A stretch of 32,000 nucleotides of DNA from Gilliamella sp. Pas-s25 (lineage in GTDB: Bacteria; Pseudomonadota; Gammaproteobacteria; Enterobacterales; Orbaceae), in NCBI RefSeq assembly GCF_009795885.1, contig NZ_WTEV01000005.1:101197-133196 (forward strand), in the 5' to 3' direction. The notes beneath the pieces were generated by a model that was given only the letters and a program-made list of their open reading frames with translations, ran no database searches and was not told the origin of the DNA. This document shows, in pieces, positions 1 through 11,650 of the stretch; position 1 is the first letter of the stretch, and each line of letters opens with the position of its first letter. The translations under genes and the position numbers were made by a program.

Positions 1-115
1 AAGATTAAAATAATAATAATTAAAAATATTAGATTAAGAAATATTTCTCTAATAAAGTTAATTATTTTCCATATTGATTTAATGACAGATAAAGCAGACA
101 TAATAAGTGACCCTT

Positions 116-949
116 TCATAGTAGTTTATCTAATTTTTTTGCTTCGATATTTTTCTTTTTAAAGTATTTTTTGTCTTCAAAACGTAAGCATGTTAGTTTT
201 CCTCCCCAACAACATCCTGTATCAAGTGCATAAATGTGTTCTGGCGTACCCTTTCCGTTTAATGCAGCCCAATGTCCAAACGCGATGCTATATTCATTTG
301 GAATTTTACTGGGTAACAAAAACCAAGGTTTAAGTTTTGAGGGTGCTTGCTCAAGTGATTGTTTATAATAAAAATCAAGTCGGCCATCCTCGTAGCAAAA
401 ACGCATACGAGTTAACGCATTAGCGATATAACGCAGTCGATCTAAACCTTGTAATTCAGATGACCATTCATCAGGAAAATTACCATACATTTTATCAAGG
501 AATAGGAGATAAGAATCGCTCGATAAGATAGCATTCAGATCGTGAGCACATTTTTTTAGCGTTTCCAGATCCCATTGTGGGGAAATGCCAGCATGAGTCA
601 TAATCAGCTTTAAAGATTCGTCGATTTGAACCAAAGGTTGTTTACGGAGCCAATTCATCAATTCATCAAAATCTGTTGCATGAATGACATCTTCAAGATT
701 ATCCTTTTTTTTTGCTGGCGTAATATTGGCATGGATAGATAATAAATGTAGATCATGATTACCTAATACCAGTCGAATTTGGTTGGCATTATGTTTAACA
801 AATCTTAGGACTTCTAATGATTTTGGGCCTCTAGCAACGAGATCACCTGTTAGCCATAAGGTGTCCGATGATGAGAATTTTGCTTTTTCAAGCACTCGCA
901 TAAACTCATCATAACAACCATGAATATCGCCAATAAGTAAGTTTGCCAT
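116..949 (-). CDS. apaH: symmetrical bis(5'-nucleosyl)-tetraphosphatase ApaH
   Basis: The ORF spans 116..973. The segment [16 protein letters not shown] plus GDLVARGP and GNHDLHLL are the calcineurin-like metallophosphoesterase motifs of ApaH (E. coli starts MATYLIGDVHGCYDEL). I therefore place the start at the internal ATG 949, which leaves 4 nt after the rsmA stop. Confidence 0.9.
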   Translation of the reverse strand: MANLLIGDIHGCYDEFMRVLEKAKFSSSDTLWLTGDLVARGPKSLEVLRFVKHNANQIRLVLGNHDLHLLSIHANITPAKKKDNLEDVIHATDFDELMNWLRKQPLVQIDESLKLIMTHAGISPQWDLETLKKCAHDLNAILSSDSYLLFLDKMYGNFPDEWSSELQGLDRLRYIANALTRMRFCYEDGRLDFYYKQSLEQAPSKLKPWFLLPSKIPNEYSIAFGHWAALNGKGTPEHIYALDTGCCWGGKLTCLRFEDKKYFKKKNIEAKKLDKLL

Positions 950-953
950 ACTG

Positions 954-1751
954 TTAATTCCATGAGTTTGCAAGTTGACAGTATTGTTGAACTGTTAAGT
1001 TTTCAGCACGTAAACTTGGATCAATATTTAATTTAGTTAATTGTTCAACAGTAAACATATTACTTAAACTGTTACGAATAGTTTTACGTCGTTGATTAAA
1101 TGCCTCTGTAGTCACCCGAGAAAGTATTTTGATATCATTAACAAAATAAGGTTTTTCCTTATAAGGTATCAATCTAACGACTGCTGAATCGACTTTTGGG
1201 GCAGGTTTAAATGATGTAGGAGGGACTTCAAGAACAGGAATGATCTGACAATAATACTGAGCCATGACACTCAATCTACCGTAATCTTTACTGTTCGGGG
1301 CTGCAACTAAGCGAGTGACTACCTCTTTTTGTAGCATAAAATGCATATCAGTGATGATATTTGCATATTGAAATAAATGGAACATCAGCGGGGTTGAGAT
1401 ATTATATGGTAAGTTACCAAACACTCTTAATGGTTTACCAAATTGATCTGCTAGCTGATTAAAGTTAAAGGTTAGAGCATCTTGTTCAATAACAGTGATT
1501 TTATCGTTTAAAAATGGATTCTCAATTAATCTACTGGCTAAATCTCTGTCAATTTCTATAACGGTTAAATGATCAACATGTTTGCTTACAGGTACTGTTA
1601 ATGCTGCAAGTCCTGGACCAATTTCCACTAGCGCTTGATCTGCTTTCGGTTGTATAGCGGCAACAATATTTTCGATAATATAATCATCATGTAAAAAGTT
1701 TTGCCCGAATCTCTTACGAGCGAAATGACCTTGGTGAACGCGACTATTCAT
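954..1751 (-). CDS. rsmA: 16S rRNA (adenine1518/1519-N6)-dimethyltransferase RsmA (KsgA)
   Basis: The ORF spans 954..1787. [22 protein letters not shown] matches the E. coli KsgA N-terminus ([22 protein letters not shown]), and the SAM motif [11 protein letters not shown] is present. The start at ATG 1751 overlaps the surA stop by 8 nt (ATGAATAG). Confidence 0.9.
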   Translation of the reverse strand: MNSRVHQGHFARKRFGQNFLHDDYIIENIVAAIQPKADQALVEIGPGLAALTVPVSKHVDHLTVIEIDRDLASRLIENPFLNDKITVIEQDALTFNFNQLADQFGKPLRVFGNLPYNISTPLMFHLFQYANIITDMHFMLQKEVVTRLVAAPNSKDYGRLSVMAQYYCQIIPVLEVPPTSFKPAPKVDSAVVRLIPYKEKPYFVNDIKILSRVTTEAFNQRRKTIRNSLSNMFTVEQLTKLNIDPSLRAENLTVQQYCQLANSWN

Positions 1752-3063
1752 GGTTATCTTCACCTGTGATTTTAATATAAGCGTCACCTTTTACTTCTTG
1801 AATCCATACCTGAGCTTCTTCAGAGAATTTACGATTAAAAATAAGTCGATAAGCTTGATCTTTTTTCATTGCATTTGTTCCATCAGCTTGTCTTGTATCA
1901 ATTAATTGAATTAAATGCCAACCATAAGATGACTTTATTGGTTGACTAATTTCTCCTTTTTTTAGCTGAGTTAGAGCAGCCTTAAAGCCATTATCATAAA
2001 TTTCTGGGCGATTCCAACCTAAGTTGCCTCCTTTACTCGCTGAACCTGTATCCTCAGAATTCGCTTTAGCCGCAGCCTCAAAGGTTGTTGCACCACTGGT
2101 AATTGATTTTCGAATATCGGTTAGTTTTTGTTTTGCAATTTGGTCAGTAACTAATACATTGGTTTTAATCAATATATGGCGAGCATTAACTTCTTGAATT
2201 GTAATTTTTTTTGGTGCTTCAGAACGTGTATCATCAACTTTTAGAATATGTAAACCAACCCCTGAACGGATAGGACCAATAATACTACCTTTTGGTGCGC
2301 GCACTAAACGTTCTTCAAAGATAGTGGGTAATTCATTAAGTTTACGCCAACCCATACTGCCACCTTTTAAAGCAAGATCATCATTTGAATATGAAGTGGC
2401 TAATTTGGCAAAATTTTCACCTTTTTGAGCTCGATTAATAATATCTTGTGCTTTATTTGTAGCGTTATCTATTTGTTGTTTAGATGCTTTTTCGGGAACG
2501 GAAATCAAAATATGACTGATTTTTACATCAATATTGTTGGTTGACTGGCGAGCAATATTTTTTGCTAAGTTTTCCACTTCTTTTTCTGAAACTTTGACTC
2601 TAGGTCTTACTTCATGCATTCGCGTTTCTTCTATTAACATGTCATTGTGGATCCTTTCACGATAGGCGGCATAGCTGATTCCCATTGTAGAAAGTCTGCT
2701 TCGTAGTTGATCGATGGTCATGCCATTTTCAGCTGCGATTCTATCAATAGCGCCGGTTACTTCGTCATCACTAACAGTGATTTTAGCTTTAGCCGCTTTT
2801 TGTAAAATTAGATTTTCGATAATTAAACGCTCAATAATTTGTTGTCTAAGTACTTTATCATTAGGCAGATTTTTAGGATCGATACTCGCTTTAATCGTTT
2901 TTAACATATCGTTAACATCACTTTCTAAAATGACATTATTATTAACAATTGCTGCAACTTTTTCTATCACTTTAGGTGCGGCATTGGCTGATAATGGAGT
3001 TAAAATACCTAAACTTACGCTTAGGTTTAAAACGATAAATAGTTTTAATAATTTCATATTCAC
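1744..3063 (-). CDS. surA: periplasmic chaperone / peptidyl-prolyl isomerase SurA
   Basis: 439 aa with a signal peptide ([28 protein letters not shown]). It has two parvulin-like segments (ISHILI... and ARHILIK...GGNLGW) and sits in the conserved position between lptD and rsmA. Confidence 0.9.
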   Translation of the reverse strand: MNMKLLKLFIVLNLSVSLGILTPLSANAAPKVIEKVAAIVNNNVILESDVNDMLKTIKASIDPKNLPNDKVLRQQIIERLIIENLILQKAAKAKITVSDDEVTGAIDRIAAENGMTIDQLRSRLSTMGISYAAYRERIHNDMLIEETRMHEVRPRVKVSEKEVENLAKNIARQSTNNIDVKISHILISVPEKASKQQIDNATNKAQDIINRAQKGENFAKLATSYSNDDLALKGGSMGWRKLNELPTIFEERLVRAPKGSIIGPIRSGVGLHILKVDDTRSEAPKKITIQEVNARHILIKTNVLVTDQIAKQKLTDIRKSITSGATTFEAAAKANSEDTGSASKGGNLGWNRPEIYDNGFKAALTQLKKGEISQPIKSSYGWHLIQLIDTRQADGTNAMKKDQAYRLIFNRKFSEEAQVWIQEVKGDAYIKITGEDNHE

Positions 3064-3139
3064 TCAACTCATTTTGTTGTTGCAGCATGATTGACATGTT
3101 TGCGATAAATTTATTGGTAATTTATTTTGAAAAAATATC

Positions 3140-5509
3140 TTATTCAAATGTTGTTGTATAAGGTAGTTTTCCGAAATTTAGCATTTTAGCTTTGGTATCT
3201 CGGTTGTTACTTAATCCTTGTAATTCGAAGTTAATAGACAGCTTATTTTCATACTTACTTTTGCGCGAAGTATTGTCCCAATCTGTGAGTTTTCTACCAT
3301 ATTGCACTGTTGTGCCCCAACAACAGTCACTATAATGTAATCCAACAGAACTGTCTGCTGATTGTCCTAATTTAACATCATAATAATATGAACCAACAGC
3401 GCTGACTGTTTGTGATAGTGGCCAAGCTGTCATCATTCCTGCTTGGGAAATATCTTGTCTATAACCTCTATAAAAAGAATTTTTATCTACAGTATCAATA
3501 TAGTTACGGTTTGCATAGCGATAAGATAATTGCATCAACTTATCGCCCGATGGTCGATACTCAAATGTTGTATTGGCTAATGAAATGGTATCAATTCGAG
3601 TATCATACTGAACGCCACTTCTAAAAATTATATCATCACTTATGCGCCAAAAATTATCTGTTGCCCAAGTAATACTGCCGGTATCAGACTTTTCGTCTAA
3701 ATCATTATTGTGTTCACTCGTTTTTGATTTTGTAAAATAAGTGATTTGTCCAATTGATAGGTTAAATTTTTCAACTTTATTATTATCATAAAACCGAGTT
3801 GTTACTCCCGTTGATATTTTATTAGTTGAAGCAATTCTATCTAGGCCACTATAAGGCTGATCTCTAAACAAGCCAATATAATCCGATTGTAATATAGTGG
3901 AATCATAGGCGCCAATATTGGATTGTTTTCGATATGGAATATAGATGTATTTTACTCGTGGTTCTAAGGTTTGTGTATAGCCATCAATAATAGGCATATC
4001 TCGCTCAAAGATGACTTTACCATCAATACTAAATTTGGGTAAAAAACGATTTACGTTTTTATCTAAATCTTTATATTGATCAATATCTTTTCTAATATTG
4101 TCTTGATTATAATGAGTTGCCATAAAACCCATTTCAGTGGCTAATGATGACCAAGAATTGGTTAAGGTATAATTAAGTGTAGGTTCAAAATGTGCTCGCC
4201 ATGCTTTAGGTTTATTTTGCCCAGATGTTAAAAAGTGAGCCACTTGAGAAAATGCTCTAAATTTGAAAGGACCCAAATCATTATTATAATAACTCATATC
4301 CAGCTGTGGTTCGGTTTGGTAAAGTGAATTTTTTAATTCTGAGTGAAATGGCTGAAAGTGTTTATAGCCTAACGTGATATCCCAATACTCGTCATTATAA
4401 GCAATTTTATAAAACTGCGTTAAATATCCAGCAGTTTGGGAAGCATATTTCGAGTTTAGATTGGTGAGATATTGATTGTCGCTGACGCGAGTTGTATCAG
4501 CATAAAACCGCCAATTATAGTTTATTAATTCTTCATTTTTCCAATGAAATAACCACCGGTGGCGATTGTCATCATAATTATTGCCATTTAAATGAGTGGT
4601 TCTGTCTTTATCATATTTACTATCATGTTGTAGCCAGTCAAATGCAAGTGTGCCCAAGCCCATTTCATTTAAATAGCGAAATTCTGTTTGTAGTTGTACA
4701 CCTCGTTCTTGCAAGAATCTTGGCGTAAAGGTAGCATCATAATTTGGGGCAATATTCCAATAAATTGGTAATGAAAAATCAATTCCATCAATATTGTCAT
4801 AGCCTAAAATAGGCATTAACAAGCCTGAGCGACGTTTATCTCCGGTTGGTAATTGTAAATAAGGCGAGTATAGAACGGGTACTTTGCCAACACTAAATAC
4901 GGCATTCCAAACTTCTAGTAACTGCTCTTCATTGTCATGAATAACTGTTGTTCCCTTTATATTCCATGTGCTGTCATTAACAGGACAAGATGTAAAACTG
5001 CCATTTTTCAAAATAACATAGCGGTTTTTTGCAAGTTTCATTTGATCAGCATTACCACGACCAAGCCTATTGACAAGTTGATAGTTACTTGGCGTCATAT
5101 TTGCATCATTATTATTTAGATTCATTGATGCATTATTGCCTTTCATTTTTACTAAATTATCTTGATAAGTAATATCACCTTCTAATGTCACAGTTCGATT
5201 ATTCTCATCATGGGTGTCAATTGTTACTTTATCTGCTTGAACTGTGCGGTTACCTTGTTCTATTAATACTTCACCTTTATAGATAGCAATGCTTGGGTAG
5301 ATTGCTTCAAATTGGTTAGCCTCTGCATTCACAGGTAAGGTATCGATATCTCCATTGACTAAAGGGCGATCAAACCTAGGAACGTCTATAAGACATTGGG
5401 GATTATTGCTAACAGTTGCCTTAGGTAAATCTATAGCATAACTAGAGCTGTTATACAAAGAAAAGGTGATGGCTATTGCAATAAGAGAAGGCGCTAATTT
5501 TTTCATCAA
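3140..5509 (-). CDS. lptD: LPS-assembly outer membrane protein LptD (Imp/OstA)
   Basis: 789 aa with a signal peptide, an OstA-like N-terminal region and a long aromatic-rich beta-barrel region with C-terminal CC residues (HYSDCCWG). It lies adjacent to surA as in enterobacteria. Confidence 0.9.
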   Translation of the reverse strand: MMKKLAPSLIAIAITFSLYNSSSYAIDLPKATVSNNPQCLIDVPRFDRPLVNGDIDTLPVNAEANQFEAIYPSIAIYKGEVLIEQGNRTVQADKVTIDTHDENNRTVTLEGDITYQDNLVKMKGNNASMNLNNNDANMTPSNYQLVNRLGRGNADQMKLAKNRYVILKNGSFTSCPVNDSTWNIKGTTVIHDNEEQLLEVWNAVFSVGKVPVLYSPYLQLPTGDKRRSGLLMPILGYDNIDGIDFSLPIYWNIAPNYDATFTPRFLQERGVQLQTEFRYLNEMGLGTLAFDWLQHDSKYDKDRTTHLNGNNYDDNRHRWLFHWKNEELINYNWRFYADTTRVSDNQYLTNLNSKYASQTAGYLTQFYKIAYNDEYWDITLGYKHFQPFHSELKNSLYQTEPQLDMSYYNNDLGPFKFRAFSQVAHFLTSGQNKPKAWRAHFEPTLNYTLTNSWSSLATEMGFMATHYNQDNIRKDIDQYKDLDKNVNRFLPKFSIDGKVIFERDMPIIDGYTQTLEPRVKYIYIPYRKQSNIGAYDSTILQSDYIGLFRDQPYSGLDRIASTNKISTGVTTRFYDNNKVEKFNLSIGQITYFTKSKTSEHNNDLDEKSDTGSITWATDNFWRISDDIIFRSGVQYDTRIDTISLANTTFEYRPSGDKLMQLSYRYANRNYIDTVDKNSFYRGYRQDISQAGMMTAWPLSQTVSAVGSYYYDVKLGQSADSSVGLHYSDCCWGTTVQYGRKLTDWDNTSRKSKYENKLSINFELQGLSNNRDTKAKMLNFGKLPYTTTFE

Positions 5510-5581
5510 TGATTAAAAAGTTATTATGATTATTTTAATTACAACATTATAGCGGTTATTTATAAAAGTGCGAATTAAAAA

Positions 5582-6952
5582 TTAACGTTTCATTTTGCGT
5601 TTATTGATTTTATTAAGTTGTTTTACCATCACTATTCTTTTTTCGGCAGAAGTATATTGAAACTCATCCCACCATTTAGCTAGCTCCAATAGTTCTCCTT
5701 TTTCGATGGAGGCTCGCATTTCTAAAAGGTCATAAGCAGCTCGAAACTTAGGGTGCTCTAAAATAACAAATGCACGTTTGCCATCCCGTTTTTTCATCCG
5801 TAGTTGTAAACGCCAAATATCCCCCATGATGGCGGTTAAGCGTCTAGGTATAGCAATATTTTTACATTGTTCACTTAGCACTTCGTTAATTGCCATCGAA
5901 AACGAATCATGGAATGGTAAGCCACTTTCGACACACGTTGCTTGTGTTTGTTCCATAATTGGATACCAGAAAAACGCAGCAAATAAAAATGCAGGATTAA
6001 CTCGTTTGTTGTTTGCAATACGATAATCCGTATTTTTTAGGACTTGCTCAATGATCTTTTCTAAATAACCGTTTTGATTGTTGGCAAACAAGCGTTCAAT
6101 AATAGGAAACAGTTGTTCGAAAAGGCTATATTCTCTTAGTAATTTATAAGTTTTATAGCCATTTCCAGTTTGTAATAGTTTAAGTGACTCATCAAAAAGT
6201 CGAGCAGAGGGGATATTTTTCAATAATGGCGCAAGATCTCGAATTGGCTCAGCAGTAGTTGGCTCAATTTTCATATTCAATTTTGCAGCAAAACGAACAG
6301 TCCTTAGCATTCTAACCGGATCTTCTCGATAACGTGTTTGCGGATCGCCAATTAATCGGATAATGCCTTTTTGTAAATCTTTCAAGCCGCAACAGTAATC
6401 GCGTAAGGTGAAATCATTTGCACTGTAATAAAGCGCATTCATGGTGAAATCGCGACGAATTGCATCTTGCTCAATGGTTCCATAGACATTATCGCGTAAT
6501 AGCATACCTGATTGCGAACGTTTAGAAATATTGTTTTTTCCTTCCTGAGAACCGTGATCGCCACGGAAAGTGGCCACTTCAATAATTTCTTTACCAAACA
6601 TAATATGAGCAAGACGAAACCGTCTTCCGACTAGGCGACAGTTACGGAAAATTTTCTGAACTTGTTCTGGGGTTGCATTGGTTGTGATATCAAAGTCCTT
6701 TGGTGTTTTACCTAAAATGAGATCTCTGATACATCCGCCAACTAAATAAGCTTCGTACCCTTGTTTATTTAATCGATGAAGGACTTTTAATGCGTTTTCA
6801 CTAATTTCTTTACGGGATATATTGTGTTCATTGCGTGGAATGGACACATAGCCAACTTTTTGTTGTTCTTCATGACGAAAAAACTTTTGATAAAAACGTG
6901 AAACTTGTTTAAAAATAGTGCACCTCAAAAAGTGTTTTTGGCTTAATAACAA
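5582..6952 (-). CDS. pcnB: poly(A) polymerase I
   Basis: [76 protein letters not shown] is near-identical to the E. coli PcnB nucleotidyltransferase core. The exact start is uncertain, because E. coli pcnB uses a non-ATG start. Confidence 0.85.
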   Translation of the reverse strand: MLLSQKHFLRCTIFKQVSRFYQKFFRHEEQQKVGYVSIPRNEHNISRKEISENALKVLHRLNKQGYEAYLVGGCIRDLILGKTPKDFDITTNATPEQVQKIFRNCRLVGRRFRLAHIMFGKEIIEVATFRGDHGSQEGKNNISKRSQSGMLLRDNVYGTIEQDAIRRDFTMNALYYSANDFTLRDYCCGLKDLQKGIIRLIGDPQTRYREDPVRMLRTVRFAAKLNMKIEPTTAEPIRDLAPLLKNIPSARLFDESLKLLQTGNGYKTYKLLREYSLFEQLFPIIERLFANNQNGYLEKIIEQVLKNTDYRIANNKRVNPAFLFAAFFWYPIMEQTQATCVESGLPFHDSFSMAINEVLSEQCKNIAIPRRLTAIMGDIWRLQLRMKKRDGKRAFVILEHPKFRAAYDLLEMRASIEKGELLELAKWWDEFQYTSAEKRIVMVKQLNKINKRKMKR

Positions 6953-7352
6953 TCATAGCGCGCGATTATATCGTAATTGCTAATAAGTTTCCATGTTTCT
7001 TAGAATCGGTTTTTTCACTCTGTAAAATTATATTTTCTAAGATGACTTAAATATTATATTTGATTTTTTAAACATAATTATCAACAATAGTAATTAGTAT
7101 TGTAATATTAGTAGTATTTAATTAAAAATGACAAATTTTGTTTTGCTCTGGTTAGAATGTTTTAACTAACTGATTAAGATAAAATAAAACTATACTCAAA
7201 ACTTCTTTTTACTTATTTGTTTCACTGAATATTATTTATAAAGCATTATAGTTTAAAAAATTATGAAGAGCTTTTTAATGTTATTTGTTATAACCTTACA
7301 TATGGAAGTTGTTTGAGTATATACCATTAACTAATAACTTATTGGGGACATT

Positions 7353-8279
7353 ATGAATATTCGTGATTTGGAATATTTTGTTTCGTTAGCTGAATTTCGC
7401 CATTTTCGTAAAGCAGCAGATGCTTGCAATGTGAGTCAACCAACTCTTAGTGGTCAAATTAGAAAATTAGAAGATGAATTAGGCGTAATGTTATTAGAAC
7501 GTACTAGTCGCAAAGTGTTATTTACACAAACGGGTATGATGCTAGTTGAACAGGCCAAAGAGATTTTGCGTAATATCCAAATTTTAAAAGAAATGGCTAG
7601 CCGTCAAGGTGAAGAAATGTCTGGACCAATGCATATAGGATTGATTCCTACCATAGCGCCTTATCTTTTACCACATGTCATTACTGTTTTACATGAATCT
7701 TTTCCTCAATTAGAGCTTTATTTACACGAAGCACAAACTGCAAGCATAGTTGCTCAGCTCGAAAGCGGTAAACTTGATTGTGCCATTGTTGCGCAAGTCA
7801 AGGAGACTGCACAATTTATTGAACTGCCATTATTTGATGAACCTATGTTTTTAGCGGTTCATGCAAATAACGAGTTAGCTAGCAAAAAGACCGTTAAATT
7901 ATCTGGTTTAAAAGGACAAAAATTCTTAATGTTAGAAGATGGACATTGTTTGCGTGAACATGCAATGGGGTATTGTTTCCAAGTTGGCATTGATGAAGAT
8001 AAACAGTTCAAAGCAACCAGCCTTGAAACACTGCGGAGTATGATTTCAGCAGGTCGTGGTATCACTTTATTTCCAGAGCTCGCTGCACCTAACGAGCGAA
8101 TTCGTGATAATATTTGCTATATTCCGTGTACAGATCCAGTACCATCACGTAGGATTACCTTGATTTATCGCCCTGGTTCGCCATTACGTGCTCGCTATGA
8201 GACCATAGCTAAAATTATTCGCGAACATATGCCAAAAGTCCTTGCTGAAAAAGAGCAATTATTAAAAGCCGCTAATTAA
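7353..8279 (+). CDS. oxyR: LysR-family peroxide-sensing regulator OxyR
   Basis: MNIRDLEYFVSLAEFRHFRKAADACNVSQPTLSGQIRKLEDELGVMLLERTSRKVLFTQTG is near-identical to the E. coli OxyR HTH. The redox cysteine pair context GHCLREHAMGYCF is conserved. Confidence 0.92.
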   Translation: MNIRDLEYFVSLAEFRHFRKAADACNVSQPTLSGQIRKLEDELGVMLLERTSRKVLFTQTGMMLVEQAKEILRNIQILKEMASRQGEEMSGPMHIGLIPTIAPYLLPHVITVLHESFPQLELYLHEAQTASIVAQLESGKLDCAIVAQVKETAQFIELPLFDEPMFLAVHANNELASKKTVKLSGLKGQKFLMLEDGHCLREHAMGYCFQVGIDEDKQFKATSLETLRSMISAGRGITLFPELAAPNERIRDNICYIPCTDPVPSRRITLIYRPGSPLRARYETIAKIIREHMPKVLAEKEQLLKAAN

Positions 8280-8318
8280 TGGTAGGTTAGGTATAAAATA
8301 TTAAAATTGAGCTATCAA

Positions 8319-8963
8319 ATGAAAAATATCAAGATCGGCGGTGTTCGAGCTCAGCAGAAAGAAAGAACTCGCCGTACTTTAATTGAAACAGCATTTAATC
8401 AACTCAATGCAGAGCAAGGTTTTGCTAGTTTAAGCCTACGAGAAGTAGCACGTGAAGCGGGGATTGCGGCTACTTCATTTTATCGCCATTTTCGTGATAT
8501 GGATGAGTTGGGTTTAGCCATGGTTGATGAAAGTGGTTTAACTCTTCGCCAATTATTGCGGCAAGCGCGTAAGCGTATTGAAAAAGGTGGTAGTGTATTA
8601 CGGACATCCGTCACTACATTTATTGAATTCATTGATAAAAACCCAAAAGTCTTTTTATTACTTCTTCGCGAAAAAGCGGGGACGTCAGCTGCTTTTCGTT
8701 CTGCTATTGCTCGAGAAATTCAACACTTTATTGTCGAGCTTGTTGATTATCTTGATGATGCCAACCAAATGCCTCATCATTATAACGAAGCTCAAGCAGA
8801 AGCGATGGTCACTATTGCATTTAATGCGGGAGCAGAGGCAATTGATTTTGACACCGTGCAGCGTGAAAAACTAATTGAAGATCTTATTTTTCAACTACGG
8901 ATGGTATCTCGTGGAGCTTATTATTTATACCATAAAGAACAAATTAAAAAAGATAGTCATTAA
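8319..8963 (+). CDS. fabR: TetR-family fatty-acid biosynthesis repressor FabR
   Basis: [22 protein letters not shown]...[30 protein letters not shown] closely matches E. coli FabR. The ORF track starts at TTG 8307; I prefer ATG 8319. Confidence 0.85.
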   Translation: MKNIKIGGVRAQQKERTRRTLIETAFNQLNAEQGFASLSLREVAREAGIAATSFYRHFRDMDELGLAMVDESGLTLRQLLRQARKRIEKGGSVLRTSVTTFIEFIDKNPKVFLLLLREKAGTSAAFRSAIAREIQHFIVELVDYLDDANQMPHHYNEAQAEAMVTIAFNAGAEAIDFDTVQREKLIEDLIFQLRMVSRGAYYLYHKEQIKKDSH

Positions 8964-9145
8964 TCGTTATACCACCCCAAATCCAATCTCAAAATTCTAG
9001 TTTGGTCGTAATATTAAAGTTTCATGCTGTTAGGTAATTGATTATTTTAAATAAAAATATCTACTAATTACTGATTTTTACTATTACTATTTATTGTGTT
9101 TTTGTTATTCATACTATAGCATTAAAAAAAGAGAAACATTGTTAA

Positions 9146-10189
9146 ATGGAAATTAATTTAATGACTAAACTATACTTTTTGCTTTATTCGCTTATTTTGT
9201 CCTTTCCCTTTTTCAACTATGCTTATTCAAATGTGGGATTTAAGGAAATCTATTATAACAAAGAAGACAGTAGACCTTTAAATATTGCAATATGGTATCC
9301 GACAGATGCTCAACAAAGAGCAGTAGCTATTGGCGATAATGCCGTTTTTTACGGTTCTAAAGTCATTCCTAATGCAGCATCTATTTCAAATTATCGTAAA
9401 CATCCTTTGATTGTTATTTCGCATGGTTATGGAGGAAGTTGGCAAAGTTTAAATTGGCTTGCTTATGAACTGGCAGATAGGGGATATATTGTTGCTGCAC
9501 CAAATCATCCGGGAACTACTTATTTTAATAAAGATATTACTCAATCTACTAAATTGTGGTTACGTCCTCAAGATCTAAGTAAAACTATTGATGCGTTACA
9601 AATAGATGAGATTTTGGCAAACTATATTGATATGAATAAAATTTCATCTATTGGACATTCCCTTGGCGGTTGGACAGTAGCTGCACTTGCCGGAGCAAGG
9701 TTTGATACAAACCTTTTTAAACAAGATTGCACTATACATTCACATTTAAAAGCTTGCCAGTTAGTAAATGAACTTGGACTAGATAACCCACAATTAAATA
9801 AAAACATGTCAGATCCGAGAATAAAGTCATTTATTTCTTTAGATGCTGGATTAGTTAGAGGATTTACTGCAGATAGTTTGAAAAATATTACTGTTCCTTC
9901 TTTAATCATTGGTGCTGGTATTGATGTTGGTGATACGAATGTAGAGCTAGAATCTGGTTATTTACAACAGTTTCTTTCAAAATCATTATCAACTTATATT
10001 GTTATCCCTGATGCAATGCATTTTAGTTTCATGCAAATTTGTAAATCAGGCGCTATAGATATTTTAGAGCAAGATGCTAAAGGAGAAGCAATTATTTGTA
10101 AAGATGGTGGGAATCGCACAAGGACAGAGATACATCGTGAAATAACGGATCAAATAATCGATTTTTTAGCTAAAGCGAATTTAAATTAA
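9146..10189 (+). CDS. exported alpha/beta-fold serine hydrolase (dienelactone hydrolase / PAF-acetylhydrolase-like)
   Basis: 347 aa with a hydrophobic N-terminal signal-like segment (MTKLYFLLYSLILSFPFFNYAYS). It carries an HGYGGS oxyanion-type motif, the nucleophile elbow GHSLGG and a late His (DAMHFSF). The specific substrate is not inferable. Confidence 0.6.
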   Translation: MEINLMTKLYFLLYSLILSFPFFNYAYSNVGFKEIYYNKEDSRPLNIAIWYPTDAQQRAVAIGDNAVFYGSKVIPNAASISNYRKHPLIVISHGYGGSWQSLNWLAYELADRGYIVAAPNHPGTTYFNKDITQSTKLWLRPQDLSKTIDALQIDEILANYIDMNKISSIGHSLGGWTVAALAGARFDTNLFKQDCTIHSHLKACQLVNELGLDNPQLNKNMSDPRIKSFISLDAGLVRGFTADSLKNITVPSLIIGAGIDVGDTNVELESGYLQQFLSKSLSTYIVIPDAMHFSFMQICKSGAIDILEQDAKGEAIICKDGGNRTRTEIHREITDQIIDFLAKANLN

Positions 10190-10206
10190 GTGCCTATTTT
10201 AGAAAT

Positions 10207-10230
10207 ATACTGCGGCGGAAGCCGCAGTAT
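10207..10230. terminator. bidirectional intrinsic terminator between the hydrolase gene and pntB
   Basis: Perfect 10-bp stem ATACTGCGGC / GCCGCAGTAT with a GGAA tetraloop, flanked by A/T-rich sequence on both sides and lying between convergent genes. Confidence 0.7.
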
Positions 10231-10246
10231 ATTAATGAATTAATCA

Positions 10247-11635
10247 TTAAAGGTTTTGTAGTACTTTTTCAACACTGTCTTTAGCATCACCAAATAACAT
10301 ATAGCTATTTTCTTTAAAGAATAGTGGATTTTGTACACCTGCATAACCAGTATTCATTGATCGTTTAGAAATAACAACCGTTTTTGCTTTCCAAACTTCA
10401 AGAACAGGCATGCCAGCTATTGGGCTATTTGGATCTTCTTCAGCAGCTGGATTAACAGTATCGTTAGCTCCAATTACCCAAACCACATCAGTATCTGGGA
10501 AGTCATCATTGATTTCGTCCATTTCAAGAACGATATCATATGGCACTTTCGCTTCAGCTAATAATACATTCATATGTCCAGGTAAACGTCCGGCAACAGG
10601 GTGAATACCAAATCTCACTTCAATATCCATTGCACGTAGTTTTTCTGTAATATTACTTACTGCACCTTGTGCTTGTGCAACAGCCATACCATAGCCAGGA
10701 ACGATGATAACTGAACGTGCTTCTTTTAATGTTTGCGCAACTTCGGCTGGTTGCATTTCACGGTATTCACCTTGTTCTTCATCAGATGAACTAGCTGCGC
10801 TACCATCACTACCAAATCCACCCGCAATAACACTAATAAATGAGCGGTTCATCGCTTTACACATAATGTAAGACAGAATTGCACCTGATGAACCAACTAA
10901 TGCACCAGTTACAATTAGAAGATCATTACCTAACATAAAGCCTGCCGCTGCTGCTGCCCAACCAGAATAAGAGTTAAGCATTGAAATAACAACAGGCATG
11001 TCAGCACCGCCAATTGAGGCAACAAGATGGAAACCAAATACAAAAGCAATAATTGTCATGATTAATAAGCTAATTGTAGCAGCTATTCCACTTTCGCATT
11101 TAACGAAGACAAACATTAAAATGATAGAAACAACAATTGCAGCTAGATTCCAATAATGCTTATTTGGTATGGATAATGGTTTTGAGCTAATGCGTCCATT
11201 TAATTTACCAAATGCGACAATAGAGCCTGAGAAAGTTACTGCGCCGATGAAAATGCCAACAAAAATTTCTACTAAATGTACAGTTAACTCACCATTAGCG
11301 CCTTGAAAGTTATGTGCTAAGAAACTGTTGAAGCCAACAAGAACTGCTGCCATACCAACAAAGCTATGAAGTAGTGCAACAAGTTCTGGCATTTGTGTCA
11401 TCTCAACTTTTTTAGCCAGATATAGACCAATTGCAGCCCCAATAACCATTGCAATGATGATCCAGTGTAATCCACCTTTGATACTCGCAACTGCCGCGAT
11501 AAGTGCAATTGCCATTCCAATCATACCGTAGATATTTCCTGATTTGGCAGATTCTTGGTTAGAAAGACCTCGTAAGCTAAAGATAAAAAGTAATGCAGCA
11601 ATAACATAGGCTGCTTGAATGATTCCATTACTCAT
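10247..11635 (-). CDS. pntB: NAD(P) transhydrogenase subunit beta
   Basis: 462 aa. The N-terminus [25 protein letters not shown] matches E. coli PntB ([25 protein letters not shown]). The protein has multiple TM helices plus a C-terminal NADP(H) domain ([10 protein letters not shown]). Confidence 0.93.
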   Translation of the reverse strand: MSNGIIQAAYVIAALLFIFSLRGLSNQESAKSGNIYGMIGMAIALIAAVASIKGGLHWIIIAMVIGAAIGLYLAKKVEMTQMPELVALLHSFVGMAAVLVGFNSFLAHNFQGANGELTVHLVEIFVGIFIGAVTFSGSIVAFGKLNGRISSKPLSIPNKHYWNLAAIVVSIILMFVFVKCESGIAATISLLIMTIIAFVFGFHLVASIGGADMPVVISMLNSYSGWAAAAAGFMLGNDLLIVTGALVGSSGAILSYIMCKAMNRSFISVIAGGFGSDGSAASSSDEEQGEYREMQPAEVAQTLKEARSVIIVPGYGMAVAQAQGAVSNITEKLRAMDIEVRFGIHPVAGRLPGHMNVLLAEAKVPYDIVLEMDEINDDFPDTDVVWVIGANDTVNPAAEEDPNSPIAGMPVLEVWKAKTVVISKRSMNTGYAGVQNPLFFKENSYMLFGDAKDSVEKVLQNL

Positions 11636-11650
11636 AATGTATGCTCTCCT

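Noticed and set aside
2714-5119. Plus-strand ORFs 2714..3094, 3412..3624, 4492..4728 and 4937..5119
   Set aside because: They lie entirely antisense within the strongly supported surA and lptD genes. Their translations are low-complexity and hydrophobic. They are shadow ORFs.
6953-7352. An OxyS-like divergent sRNA and OxyR operator in the pcnB-oxyR spacer
   Set aside because: I could find no convincing minus-strand terminator hairpin and no good match to the ATAG-N7-CTAT OxyR tetrad. The region is simply very A/T-rich.
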